A stretch of 64,000 nt of DNA from Saccostrea echinata (lineage: Eukaryota). Location of the stretch: positions 30,814,001 to 30,878,000 of the forward strand of contig NW_026889751.1 of assembly GCF_033153115.1 (NCBI RefSeq). The letters run 5' to 3'. A program made the translations under genes and the position numbers. Of this stretch, positions 1 through 11,729 are shown one piece after another; positions within the stretch are counted from its first letter, which is position 1, and each line of letters starts with the position of its first letter. The notes beneath the pieces were generated by a model. It was not told where the DNA came from and ran no database searches. It saw only the letters and a list, made by a program, of their open reading frames with translations.

Positions 1-1875
1 AAAATTTTTAAAAATTTTATATTTGTTCTTCAATATATGTACGTCAGGTAGTTATTATTAAATATTTTTTTATTGATCTATATTGATTTTGATACTGGAT
101 TAAATACATTCCCCATCAGGTCAGAAATGCAGCATTCGGATGTAAATCGGCGATCTTTTCAATAGTTTTCAAAATATGCAAGTGTATTAGCTCCATCCAT
201 TTTTCTTAAAATTCATTTATTTAACTTAATATGTAAAATTTTACTAATTCTGATTTTGTGGTTCATTATTCCATCATGGAGTGTGTATAGCGCACGTGCA
301 AAACTTTACAGTTTGTCATGTACCTAATTATGTAATACCACATAATATTACGCACTTGTCGGGTATACATGAAGATCGATAATTTAGTTTCAATGAGATT
401 TGCAGTCTGTGTATACACAGTAAACATAAATTCAGACATCCATATCATTTCAGACAAATTTAACAGTCTTCATATACTTTAACAAAGATACTGTAACATT
501 TGTGTACTTAGTCTTTTGCCATTTTCTCATTATATATATATATGAATATATAATACTACAAATATATAATATTTGGAACTTTCGAGGGATAATTTTTTTT
601 TCTAATTAAAATAAATGAATAAAATCGATTAAAACATCTTAAAACAAACGTTATTTTTAAATATCGTCAAGATTTTTAACTTTTATTGCTGGAAATTAAC
701 TTCCGTAACGATTAAGTTCCGTAACGATATTTTTCTCGAAATTTTAACTTATCGGATTCATGCGATACTTCATGAATCAAATTTAGCATTCTATACTGAA
801 CATGAGAAAACAAAATTTGGTCAAAATCAGCTTTATTAAAAAAAAAAAGAAGACTTGTTCAAGCATTAACTTCCGTAACATTCTTTAAAATCAATGGTAT
901 GTTGAAATTGTTGTAAAAAGTTAACGATAGCCTATTTGTGGATAATTTTTTTCTAAGTTAACTGATAAGTTCTTTAGAGAATTATGATGTTGGTTTTGCT
1001 ATTTGAAACAATTTTTTTTTCATGTTTTATACCCTGAATAGAACCTTTTATCGTTAAAGATATTTCAAATACATGTACATGCATGTTGATTTTCTTATTC
1101 ATTTCGTCTATTTCCTTCTGTGCTAGACATATAGATGATTGTATAGGGATAGCCTAAATTATTACATTTCTCTTACCTGTAACATTTTGTATTTATTTAA
1201 ATATAACTTTGTTGCATATAACCTGAAATAATAATTATACATTGATGTTAAAAAAGGACAACATTGAATATTTCAGATTCTGATTCAAAACGACTACCCG
1301 TAAAATAGTTTTTACTGACATGTGTACATGTGCTCTAAAGCCTTCGTAATTCTGTAAACGAATATAAAATCAAATACCTTAAGTTTTTTTATTAAAAAGA
1401 GGAAAAAAAGAAAGAAAAACACGAGGCACGTAATCTATACACAGCAGTTCCTGTTGTCAAGCAAGAGTTATCTCCTTTAATATTGCAAACTTTCGTATCA
1501 AACGCTTATTGAATCAAAATAAATAAAATTATTTTTTGAAATTAATGTTTGGTCAAATGTTAACTTAATACTTTATAAAAGTAATATATCAAATATTGTA
1601 TAATAAGAAATTATAGAGACAACACCGCGGGCGTTTAGATTTTCTCGGCAGGCGTGCTCTACGGAGTATGCAAACTTTAAAACGAATTAAAACTTCAAAC
1701 TGTGCTTTTTAAATTATTTTTGTTTGGTAAAACATCAACTACATGGTCTGTAAAAGTAATATATTTAACAAAATACAAATTAATTCGATAAATAACACGG
1801 CAGGCGTATAGATTTTCTCGGCAGGCGTATTTTCCCCTGGCAGGCGTCGGCAGGCGTATTTTAGTATTACCCCTG
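1..1875. mobile_element. Right end of a CAGGG-terminated DNA transposon (left end outside the window or not recognised)
   Basis: Ends ...GTATTACCCCTG at 1875; subterminal GGCAGGCGT repeats at ~1627-1858; TTAACTTCCGTAAC-like repeats at ~697-880. Confidence 0.55.
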
Positions 1876-1880
1876 TACAG

Positions 1881-2036
1881 GTAGGCGTGGTAGTAGCCAT
1901 TCTAGCAGCTTTGGTGTCTTGTGATGATAAAGATGAGAAGAAGAGGAAGCTTCAGATTGGCGTGAAGAAGAGGGTGGATCCAGATAAGTGTACCATAAAA
2001 TCAAGAAAGGGAGATGTACTGAAAATGCATTACACA
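1881..2036 (+). CDS. FKBP2: FKBP2 first visible coding exon (signal peptide end to MHYT)
   Basis: tacag|GTAGGC...TACACA|gtaag; 52 codons. Confidence 0.92.
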
Positions 2037-3573
2037 GTAAGATGGAAATAAAAACAGACTGCCAAAAAAAAATTTATAATCGATCATTATAGCAATATCC
2101 ATGTAGATTACAATATTTTAAAATATAGTTAGAGCTCTTGCATGGATCCAAAGATTCTTTAAAAGTGAGATTTAAATTGAATCAACCTAGCTAGTTGTGT
2201 TCATGAGAGTTAATCCTCTCCAAATCTGAAAAATGAAGCATTTGGAGAGATTTATTGTTGGAGACAGCACAGGGTTGTGGATAACCACTCGCCCACTTGC
2301 AAAATTTGCTGTGGGCGATTAGATACTAAAAATCTTTTTGCCCACATGGCGAACAATTTTTTTCTAGAACATAATCACAATTCAGTCTTATATTTTATAT
2401 ACTTTCAGATTTAAAAGAAAATGCTCTACTTACCTACTAGATTATTTGTGTTGCCTAAAAGCATAGTTTTGAAACATGTATGTGACTAAGATCAAACATG
2501 GCGATTTATCTCCGTTAAATCTGATGATACGAGAGCAAATGTTTGAGATTGTTCTAGTAGAAATATTGTAACAATCGGCTATGGTTGTCACACACTCCAT
2601 CCGACTTGTTATTCACAGATATAATTTGAATTACCGTGTCAAATGCACACATTAAAAGATCGGGATCAAACTTCATCACAGGTTGTATGTCATTTATTAT
2701 TGAATATGCCCCCTTGTTAAACCATAGATGCTTCAGTTGTATAAGGTTAAACACTACAAAATGTACATGATGAAATGAATATTTTATCGGATCAAAGTTT
2801 TTAGAAAAAAGAAAACGTGACAAAAATTCATATACTGGGAATATATTGATACTACGAATAAAAAAAATCAATTAGAAAAAATTTAGGATTTTTTGTTGTT
2901 ATTTTTAATTTACATATAATGTGGGCCCTGGATCACATTGTGGGCCCATAAAATTTGAAAAGTTATTTGCCCACATGGCCCCTAAGGATTCAAAAGTTAA
3001 CCACAACCCTGCAGCATTACGCTACTGCATTGCTTTTTTATGAACTAAACAAAGCATGTATTCACTGTCAAATTAATTTTCATAGGGAACACTGGAAGAT
3101 GGCACTAAATTTGACAGCAGCCTAGACAGAAATGAACCATTCAAGTTCACCCTTGGGTCAGGACAGGTGATCAAAGGCTGGGACCAGGGACTTCTGGGGT
3201 AGGCAGGGTTTTTTTTAGGGGTCTTGGGGGGGCCTTTATTCTGCCCCATTCCCAATGGTAAAAAGTATGTGTTTTTCCCAATTTCATAAAAGAAAATTCC
3301 CCAAAAGACAATTGAAACGAACAAATATGGTTAAAAAAATGTCTGAACTCAGTAACATGTATATCAGGAATTGTGTTTATAAAAATCTAAAAGGCATGCT
3401 CCAAAAACTGAATGACTAAATGTAAAATACGTCAATAAATACCTTGCAAATGAAAAAAAAAACTCTTAATTGAATTTAATTAGAAAAATGTTAAATATGA
3501 TATTTTTTCCAATTTCAACCAAATGTCTCTATTTTTCACAAATGGAAAGGCCCAGGCCCTTGATTTCAAGACC

Positions 3574-3610
<37 letters not shown>

Positions 3611-5257
3611 CACATTGGCTGGGCAAAAGCACAAATGAGTTCAGTATTGAAAAGATTACCACCGCGTGCAAGGGGGGGGGGGGGGGGGCTTGAATTTTAA
3701 ACTACCTGATGATGCTTCCATGTCAATATAACAAATGGTTTTCTTGTACTTGAGATGTTCAAAAAAAATTTCCCATATATTCCTTTGTAAAAATTTTATC
3801 CCCCATTGTGGCTCCTCCCTATCCCAGGGGTCATCATTTGAACAAATTTGAGTCTACACTACCTGAGGATGCTTCCAAGATATTATCCTATATATTTCTA
3901 TTTAAGACTTTGATCCTCCATTGTGGCCCCACCCTACCCCCGGGGGTCATGATTTGAACAAAATAAAATCTATACTACCTGAGGATGATTCCACATAAAT
4001 ATGATCAATCAGGGCTTTGCTGTTCCTGAGAAGATTTTTAAAATTTTTCCTAAATATTTCTATGTAAAACTTTGATAGTCAATCATGGCCCTGCCCTACC
4101 CCCGGGGGTCATGATTTGAACAAACTTGAATCTACACTACCTGAGGATGCTTCCAAAAAAATATGACTCATCATGGCTTTGCTGTTCTTGAGAAGAAGAT
4201 TTTTGAAGGTTTTTCCTATATATTTCCATGTAAAACTTTGATCCTCCATTGTGGCCCCGCCCTACCCCCGGGGGTCATGATTTGAACAAACTTGAATCTA
4301 CACTACCTGAGGATGCTTCTATATTAATATGACTCAATATGGCTTTGCTGTTCTTGAGAAGAAGATTTTTAAAGGTTTTTCCTATATATTTCTATGTAAA
4401 ACTTTGATCCTCCATTGTGGCCCCGCCCTACCCCCGGGGGTCATGATTTGAACATACTTGAATCTACACTACCTGAGGATGCTTCTATATTAATATGACT
4501 CACCTTGTCTTTGCTGTTCTTGAGAAGAAGATTTTTAAAGGTTTTTCCTATATATTTCTATGTAAAACTTTGATACTCCATTGTGGCCCCGCCCTACCCC
4601 CGGGGGTCATGATTTGAACAAAATTGAATCTACACTACCTGAGGATGCTTCTATATAAATATGACTCACCTTGTCTTTGCTGTTTTTGAGAAGAAGATTT
4701 TTAAAGGTTTTTCCTATATATTTCTATGTAAAACTTTGATCCTCCATTGTGGCCCCGCCCTACCCCCGGGGGTCATGATTTGAACAAACTTGAATCTACA
4801 CTACCTGAGGATGCTTCCATATAAATATGACTCAACATGTCTTTGCTGTTCTTGAGAAGAAGATTTTTAAAGGTTTTTACTATATATTTCTATGTAAAAC
4901 TTTGATCCTCCATTGTGGCCCCGCCCTACCTCCGGGGGTCATGATTTGAACAAACTTGAATCTACACTACCTGAGGATGCTTCCATATAAATATGACTCA
5001 TCATGGCTTTGCTGTTCTTGAGAAGAAGATTTTTAAAGGTTTTTCCTATATATTTCTATGTAAAACTTTGATCCTCCATTGTGGCCCCGCCCTACCCCCG
5101 GGGGTCATGATTTGAACAAACTTGAATTTACACTACCTGAGGATGCTTCCACAGGAGTTTCATCTTTCCTGGCCCTGTGGTACTTGAGAAGAAGATTTTT
5201 CAAAGATGCTATTAATATTTCACTAATTCTTTATTATCTCCCCTTGAAAAAGGGCGG

Positions 5258-5295
<38 letters not shown>

Positions 5296-5303
5296 AGGAT
5301 ACT

Positions 5304-5358
<55 letters not shown>

Positions 5359-5420
5359 GTTAAAAGTTTACAGACAGACAGACAGACGGACAGACAGACA
5401 GACGGACGCCGGACAAAAAG

Positions 5421-5467
<47 letters not shown>

Positions 5468-8062
5468 AACCCTGGTAGGTGTTAGAGCTCATTGTGACCC
5501 ACAGTAAAATGTCCCTATATCAGGGATATCTGGGGATCATTTTGACCCACAGCCGAATGTCCAAATTTCAGACATATCTGGGGCTCTGTGTGACCCACAG
5601 GAAAATATCCCAATATCAGGGACATCTGGAGCTCAATGTGTCCCACAGCAAAATGTCCCAATATCAAACCAGGGTGCATTGCATCCAAATACATAACCAA
5701 GTTTTTGTTGGTCTTTGAATTTTATTTTATTCAAATCTTAGAATTGCGTGTGAGTTCACTTGTAAACACAAAAATTCACTTTTTGGTTAATAAATTTTCA
5801 GAATGTGTGAGGGAGAGAAGAGGAAGCTGGTTATCCCCTCTGACATGGGTTATGGGGACCGTGGAGCTCCTCCCAAGATTCCTCGTAAGTAAATAAACAA
5901 AAATTTGACTCATCCTCGTAAGTAAATAAACAAAAATTTGACTCATCCTCGTAAGTAAATAAACAAACATTTGACTCATCCTGGTAAGTAAATAAACAAA
6001 AATTTGACTCATTCTGTTTACAATATTCCTCATATTAAGGTCTAGTAAATGAGTTTAGATTGTCTTTCTGGTGCTAGATCCACAATATCGTCACAATTGA
6101 TTAAACATAATTTTTCCTGTACTTGATAGTTATAATTGAATTATGTAGGAAATATGAAGCATTTTCATGGAATTCAGTTGATTTGAAATCATGTCAAAAG
6201 TAACCCCAATATCTATATTCAATTTAGTATCATTTCAAAGAAGAGGTCAAGAAGGTATGAAAACTGTTTTCTGAGAGACTGTAGGCATTATTGATACATT
6301 TCCTTTGTCAGGGACAGAAAAAATTCCCATATTTATACCAGACTTTCTTATTCATTTTTCATTGAAAATGGCAGTTATAAATAAGATTTTTTTGTTGAGT
6401 TTGCCTAAAAATGATGTCCCGATACACCTTATTTTACTAAGCCATATCAATAAAGGAGCATTAAAAGAATTCATTTCTCAAGTTTGAGAATACTGTAGGC
6501 ACCTTTCACTTACTAGATCTGGACATTAAGTTAACTGTTAGGCCTGTATTTAAAAAATTAGATATCATTTTTTAGAGTTTCATTGGGATATGACATGAAA
6601 TTGGTCACATGATCATATCCTATAATGCCAGCAGGGAAACTCTAAAAGATGGTAGTTTATTTCTCATATTTATATTTCTATGTTGATTTGTGATACAAAG
6701 TAAAATTGACACTTTTTAGACTGTTATGGAAGTGCAACTAGTATCATGTGACATCACAGTCTAGACCTTCCAAATGTCCTGTGTGGTTTGCTTTCTGTAT
6801 GCAAGAAAATGTTACTCAACTTTGAGAGAAGTTATTTCCCTTTGATTATTTACCTATGAAAATTTATTTGAATCATATAATTAATAGGTCATTTGTATGA
6901 AAAAAAATGTACAAGAAATTTCGATGTACAATACAAAAAAAAGTACTTACCTATATAGTTTTTAATAGTCAGGTAGACCTGTAGAAAATGATAAATAATG
7001 AACATAATACCTGTTTTTTGTACAATGAATAGATATATGTTATCTAAAGCCCAAGAGAGACAAGTTGGTCGACAGGTGATTGCTGAGTATTATTAAGAAC
7101 TATGCCTAAGCCCTATTTAATTGTTAAGGTTGCTGCTTCTTATGACAAATTATATTAAATGACAGTGATGGCAATGCTGGCAAGTTAAAGATAACCAGAC
7201 AAACCATTTTGTTGGTCCATAGTTGCTCTTTTTCTGTTGTTTTTGAGCAACAAGTCTATTCTCCTTTATTTTATAAATATTAAATAGCCATTCTGTGGAT
7301 CCTTAACAGAGCTTTGTAATACTTGCATGTCAGTAACCGTAATGGCCCTTAGGCCTTTTTTATAATATATTGGTCTAAAGACTATAGAAGTGCAAGTCAT
7401 AAAATTCTTCCAAATATTTTGGAGATTATAAACTTCAAATCTGTGTCCATGCCCTTTAAGGAGCAATATTTTCTTTTGAAAGAAGATTAAATTTCAATCA
7501 TTAATATTGTTGACATGTGGAATACCAAAAACTTCAAAATTTTAAAATTTTTAAGAAATAAATATCCTTCATGTGTCCCAGTTATGAAGTTTTGGGAGAA
7601 TATAGTTTTTGGTCTGTCAGTCTGTTGTCTGTTAGTACTAAGTAGAAACTTTAATTTTGGTCTTAATGTTTGAACAGTTCGTTTTAGGGTTTCCATATTT
7701 CACAAATGTATCCCTTGTGACAAGAATTTTCTTTGGTACAAGCATTTTTTGAACTTGTGACCTTTACCTTCAAGTTTTGAAAAATGTTAACTTTAACCTT
7801 GGCCATCTAATGGCAAAGGATAAAGTTTTCAAGCTGGGGGGAGGCAGGATCTGAGTGTTTTAATTACAAACACATCTTATTACAGATATAAAGTGGACTA
7901 GTATAATTATAGATAATAATTAATTTTTTAATGTGCATGACTAAAACATCTCTTAATCAATTGCAAAGATCATGATCTTTTATTTTTTTTTTAATTTCAG
8001 CCAAAGCTGTGCTTATATTTGAGGTGGAACTTCTAGGAATTGAGAGAAATGATGAACTCTAA
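1881..8062 (+). CDS. FKBP2: Peptidyl-prolyl cis-trans isomerase FKBP2 (FKBP13), ER-luminal; 5'-partial; join(1881..2036,3086..3198,5802..5884,8001..8062)
   Basis: Spliced translation [137 protein letters not shown]. All introns GT-AG with compatible phases. Signal-peptide tail at the start and ER-retention-like NDEL at the end. No ATG in the window. Confidence 0.96.
2270..3011. mobile_element. Non-autonomous TIR element (hAT-like ends), 5-bp TSD CAGCA
   Basis: CAGGGTTGTGGATAAC...GTTAACCACAACCCTG flanked by cagca/cagca. Confidence 0.8.
3086..3198 (+). CDS. FKBP2: FKBP2 exon ([12 protein letters not shown]...GWDQGLLG)
   Basis: ttttcatag|GGA...CTGGG|gtagg; FKBP signature VIKGWDQG. Confidence 0.96.
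3576..5462 (+). mobile_element. Helentron-associated non-autonomous element (HINE/pearl-like) with an internal satellite array
   Basis: 5' AACAAGAGGCCCATGGGCCACATCGCTCACCTGAGC; central tandem array; (GACA/GACG)n at 5369-5410; 3' hairpin GCTCACTTGAGCC-TTC-GGCTCAGGTGAGC; inserted in an A-run. Confidence 0.88.
3700..5200 (+). repeat. 166-bp tandem satellite (Cg170-type), about 9 units
   Basis: CTACCCCCGGGGGTCATGATTTGAAC recurs at 4096, 4262, 4428... (period 166). Confidence 0.9.
5485..5668 (+). repeat. 48-bp minisatellite, about 4 diverged copies
   Basis: GAGCTCATTGTGACCCACAGTAAAATGTCCCTATATCAGGGATATCTG and variants. Confidence 0.8.
5802..5884 (+). CDS. FKBP2: FKBP2 exon ([27 protein letters not shown])
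   Basis: ttttcag|A...CCTC|gtaagt. Confidence 0.96.
5881..6012 (+). repeat. 33-bp tandem repeat x4 containing the FKBP2 splice donor
   Basis: CCTCGTAAGTAAATAAACAAAAATTTGACTCAT. Confidence 0.95.
7575..7882. mobile_element. Short, degenerate HINE related to the 24620-25885 element
   Basis: GTCTGTC microsatellite; TGACCTT/CCTTGGCCAT motifs; end TTACAAACACATCTT. Confidence 0.55.
8001..8062 (+). CDS. FKBP2: FKBP2 last coding exon ([18 protein letters not shown])
   Basis: tttcag|CC...TAA; C-terminal NDEL. Confidence 0.96.
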
Positions 8063-8379
8063 AAAATGCAGAGTGCTTTATTTATCAACAAGTGGCTTTA
8101 TCATGTAGCATTCAAAAAATCTGACTATTCATCTGTGTCTATTTGAGAATGGAAGGCTTCATTTTTATCAATGAATAGAGAGAATGTTTGATAGATTAAG
8201 TGTCTAAAATTTTCATGTATCAATGTTGTTACAGTGGTGAAACACTGTATTCTTCATTTTATGACATGGCAAATTTGTATTTAAAAGGTTTTTTTAAAAT
8301 TAAAGACAACAATTTACTGATAGTATTATCGTAATTAACCAGGGACAACTTTGTAATCTTTAGTTACAGTTAACCTTCC

Positions 8380-8664
8380 CAGTGGCGGATTTAATGGGGG
8401 GGGGGGGGGGGGGGCAGCCCGTGCCCCCTAAAACTATCAAAGTTAGAGTAAATTATAGTTTCGTCAAGAAAATGTAAAAATGTCTACTTGGTAGACCTCA
8501 TTTTTACCCTACAAAGTCTCTAGAATCCAGGAGCTTATGGGGGCATCAACCCTGGGCCCCCACCAGGGCTTCGCCCTGGACCCACAGGGGGCCTCAAGGC
8601 GGCCCCCAGACCCCCTGCCTACTTTCTGCGCTCCCCCTTACTTCAATTCCTGGATCCGCGCCTG
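8380..8664. mobile_element. GC-rich MITE, 5-bp TSD CTTCC
   Basis: CAGTGGCGGAT...ATCCGCGCCTG flanked by cttcc/cttcc. Confidence 0.8.
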
Positions 8665-11577
8665 CTTCCATTGACTATTAATTAAACCTGGTTGATAATC
8701 TGGAGCAATTATCAAAACCAAAATGAAAGTGTTCATGAAAACAAAATTCAGAGTTGACCAGTTGATCTTTTTTTAATGTTTTACCTCAAGGGGATAAAAC
8801 ATCAAGGTTTTCATCATGAAATCCTAAGGCACATAGTGTCCAAGCTAAAAATATTTGTCAACGAATAGCTTAAAAATGAAAGAAATAGGTCAATGTGACC
8901 AACTTTTGGATTGATACGGCCAAATGCCCCAAGATGTATTTATTTTCAATTTTTTTTTTCAACATACCCCACATGTTGTCGAGATATTCTGACAATGAAT
9001 TCCAATAAATAAAAGTAGGTCACAGTAACCTACATTTGGTTGCCAGATTCCATGCCCAAAGATGCATTATCCGTCAAGCTTTGATGCTCCTTGTACTACA
9101 AAATATTAAAACAATCATGATAAATTTTGAATAAGAGGATATCAGCCAGACACTGTTTCTGAAAACTCTTGGATAAGAAGAGCCATAAAATTTTACTAGG
9201 TGTCTCACTCTAAATTACTGGTACTTTTTTTGGTTGACAGTCCAAGGCACCATTGATTCCAGAGGTTTCAGTTGGCAAGGATTGGTGATTTTGTGCCTCA
9301 TAGAGTCCAACTGTGTTATCACTCAATCTTAATGTTGATTTCATGCAGTCACTTGACAATTTGATCTGAATCACTGGATCACCATACTATGGTTTTCTGA
9401 ATCCATATCACCCCTCTCTGAAATTGATGATGTAGTACACAACATTTTTTCCCCTGCGTATCAAAAAGTTCCTTGGAAAAAGCATTTTGTTTCGTTAAAA
9501 AAGTGGTATTATTGATCCCAATAGTTTTTATTTATTATATGTAGAGGGGTGTACTATATAAGTAACTTGATCCGACGAGCCATATCAGGAACCTCTCATT
9601 GACAGGCACAGATCTGATGAAACTTGACGCATCGCGTCTGGTTTGATCTAATGATATGCACCTATCAACTCGATACAGCTCTTTGGATCAAGCTACTGTT
9701 ATGATCTCTATTTCTATACCTTGTGTAGCGATCTATGTGAGCGGATCAAAGGATCTGATTTTAATCAGATTGGCTTTGAACAAATCAAATTCTCAATATA
9801 CCCTCCTCCTTGTTGATGGTAGGTTTGGTGAAAATCTGCCCTATTGGTCTCCATATAATTTCTAGGCTTTCCATTTCTTATACATTCCCCAAATTTTATC
9901 TGCTTGTTTAGGGGTCACGTAACTTAATATTTAATATTAGTAAAAGGCCCCTAGTCCAAGGATACTGTGTGACAAATCTGATAAATATTGGCTAAGTGGT
10001 TCTTGAGGTATGGCCTTTATCCAAAATGTTTATGCACACATCATATCACAGCCTTTGGTCCTTATATGGAGAACTACTAATAATCTGCTTTTAAAATTGC
10101 TTTTACCAAGTTTTTGAACATTTGCAAACAATTGGAAAAAAACACACAAGCAAAAAAGAAATTTACTTTTATATAAATTTTCTCTTTAATGACATGCACT
10201 CAATCTGAATTCACACAAATATTTTAACACTAGCTCACATATAAATGTAATTCTTGCTGTACCACAGTACTAGGTTATCTCCCCTCTCTGGAAGTCCTGA
10301 AAAACGACAAGTCCCAAAGATAATGCTACAAGCACCAAAACATTGGTGGGTATTATACAGTTCTAAATAATTCTGTGAATTTTACTGAAGTCTGGGGACT
10401 TCCACGAGGGGGGTTATATCTACCAAGGTTAAATACCTCTTGCTGAGAAATTCTACAAATATTGTAATACATGTACATATGTATAATCTTTAATACAAAA
10501 TTATTGCTTTCAAATTATTACAGTTAATATTAAATTTTAACAAACATACTACTTGTATGAAAAAAAAAATTAAGATTCATGTTGAAAATTTGATATGTTT
10601 GTCGGGGGTAAACCTATCTTGTACAAAAGTAAACTGGGAAATATTTAATAAGTTTTTTTCATCTGATACTTTTGGATTCTTGGAAAAAAATTCAGTTTTA
10701 ATCAGTATATTCCAAACTCTACATGATCTTTGTTTGGAATGTTTATTTTTTTCTTTTGAAATCAGAAAACATCTATTTAAGGTATTGCAGACATTGATAA
10801 TAGTCCTGATTTTGTTGACGGAGATTTAAAAAAAAAATACATGTACCTTATTGGTAAAAATGAATGAATTCCCTAGCAACAGTGATGTCATTTTTCCTTA
10901 TTATCAGTATTAAATGGATGGACTTTAAATTACATTATGACAAAATATGACACTTTAGTTGTAGAAAAGCAAGATGCAGTTAATATCAGTCAACATGAAT
11001 TCATACCATAATCATACAAAAGTCGAAGTATCGGATGCACAGAATGGATGTTGCATAACAATTATGAAGTAATAGATTAGGATCACTTTCAAAAACCTTT
11101 CATTTTCATTCACACTAACAATGATACTTCTGAAATTTCCTTTTTTACTTTGAGGACAAACAGCTAGACAAAATCATACTTAAAACTGGAGAACGGTAAA
11201 AACAAAGAAATCAGCGTGGGGTTAAAAAGGGATTCTGTGACACATGTAAAACATAGTACTGTAAATATAATGGCAGCACTCTATATAAAATTTGTAAACC
11301 ATTCTGAGAAGTTCATCACATATGAGTCCTTTTATTGCTAGTCTACAAAGCAACAACTTCATCTTCTAAGAAAAACTGGCCTTGTCTTACCAATTTACCA
11401 CATTTTTCTTTCACTTAAAATTAGCAATGTTTTTTTCCCTTTTAAATCATTTTGCATATTTGTTTGAAAAAACATAACTACTGGCTGCCTAGTTAATACT
11501 GCAGCCTACATATATATCCATATTCAAATATAAACAAAACACATTGGTTAATGCCAACAGTAGGCGGGGCCAACGAC

Positions 11578-11729
11578 TCAAGAATCGGGGTCGAGCCTCT
11601 GGAATGATGTCCCTAAGTGTCTCGTGGGTTTCACCATCTTTTCTCGCGCTTCTCTTCTTCCATCCTCCTTGTGATCAAATTCACAGTTGTGAAGCTCCGG
11701 CAGCCGATGCAGGGAACAGAAAACATAAT
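11578..11729 (-). CDS. ZFAND3: ZFAND3 last coding exon ([20 protein letters not shown]...DPDS*)
   Basis: ttacag acceptor; AN1 motif FC-x-LHR-LPE-x-H-x-C. Confidence 0.95.

Larger units (their letters stand above)
3204..5474. mobile_element. Non-autonomous TIR element, 5-bp TSD GTAGG, with a HINE nested in its right TIR
   Basis: CAGGGTTTTTTTTAGGGGTCTTG...CAAGACCTAA[HINE]AAAAAAACCCTG flanked by gtagg/gtagg. Confidence 0.8.

Noticed and set aside
3700-5200. Regular repeat array as a CRISPR-like locus
   Set aside because: Head-to-tail 166-bp monomers with no unique spacers, in a eukaryotic intron, with no cas genes.
5776-6033. ORF with [11 protein letters not shown] repeats
   Set aside because: Antisense reading of the FKBP2 exon and the 33-bp repeat.
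9590-9660. CTGATGA as a second hammerhead core
   Set aside because: No stem II followed by GAAA, and no closing stems.
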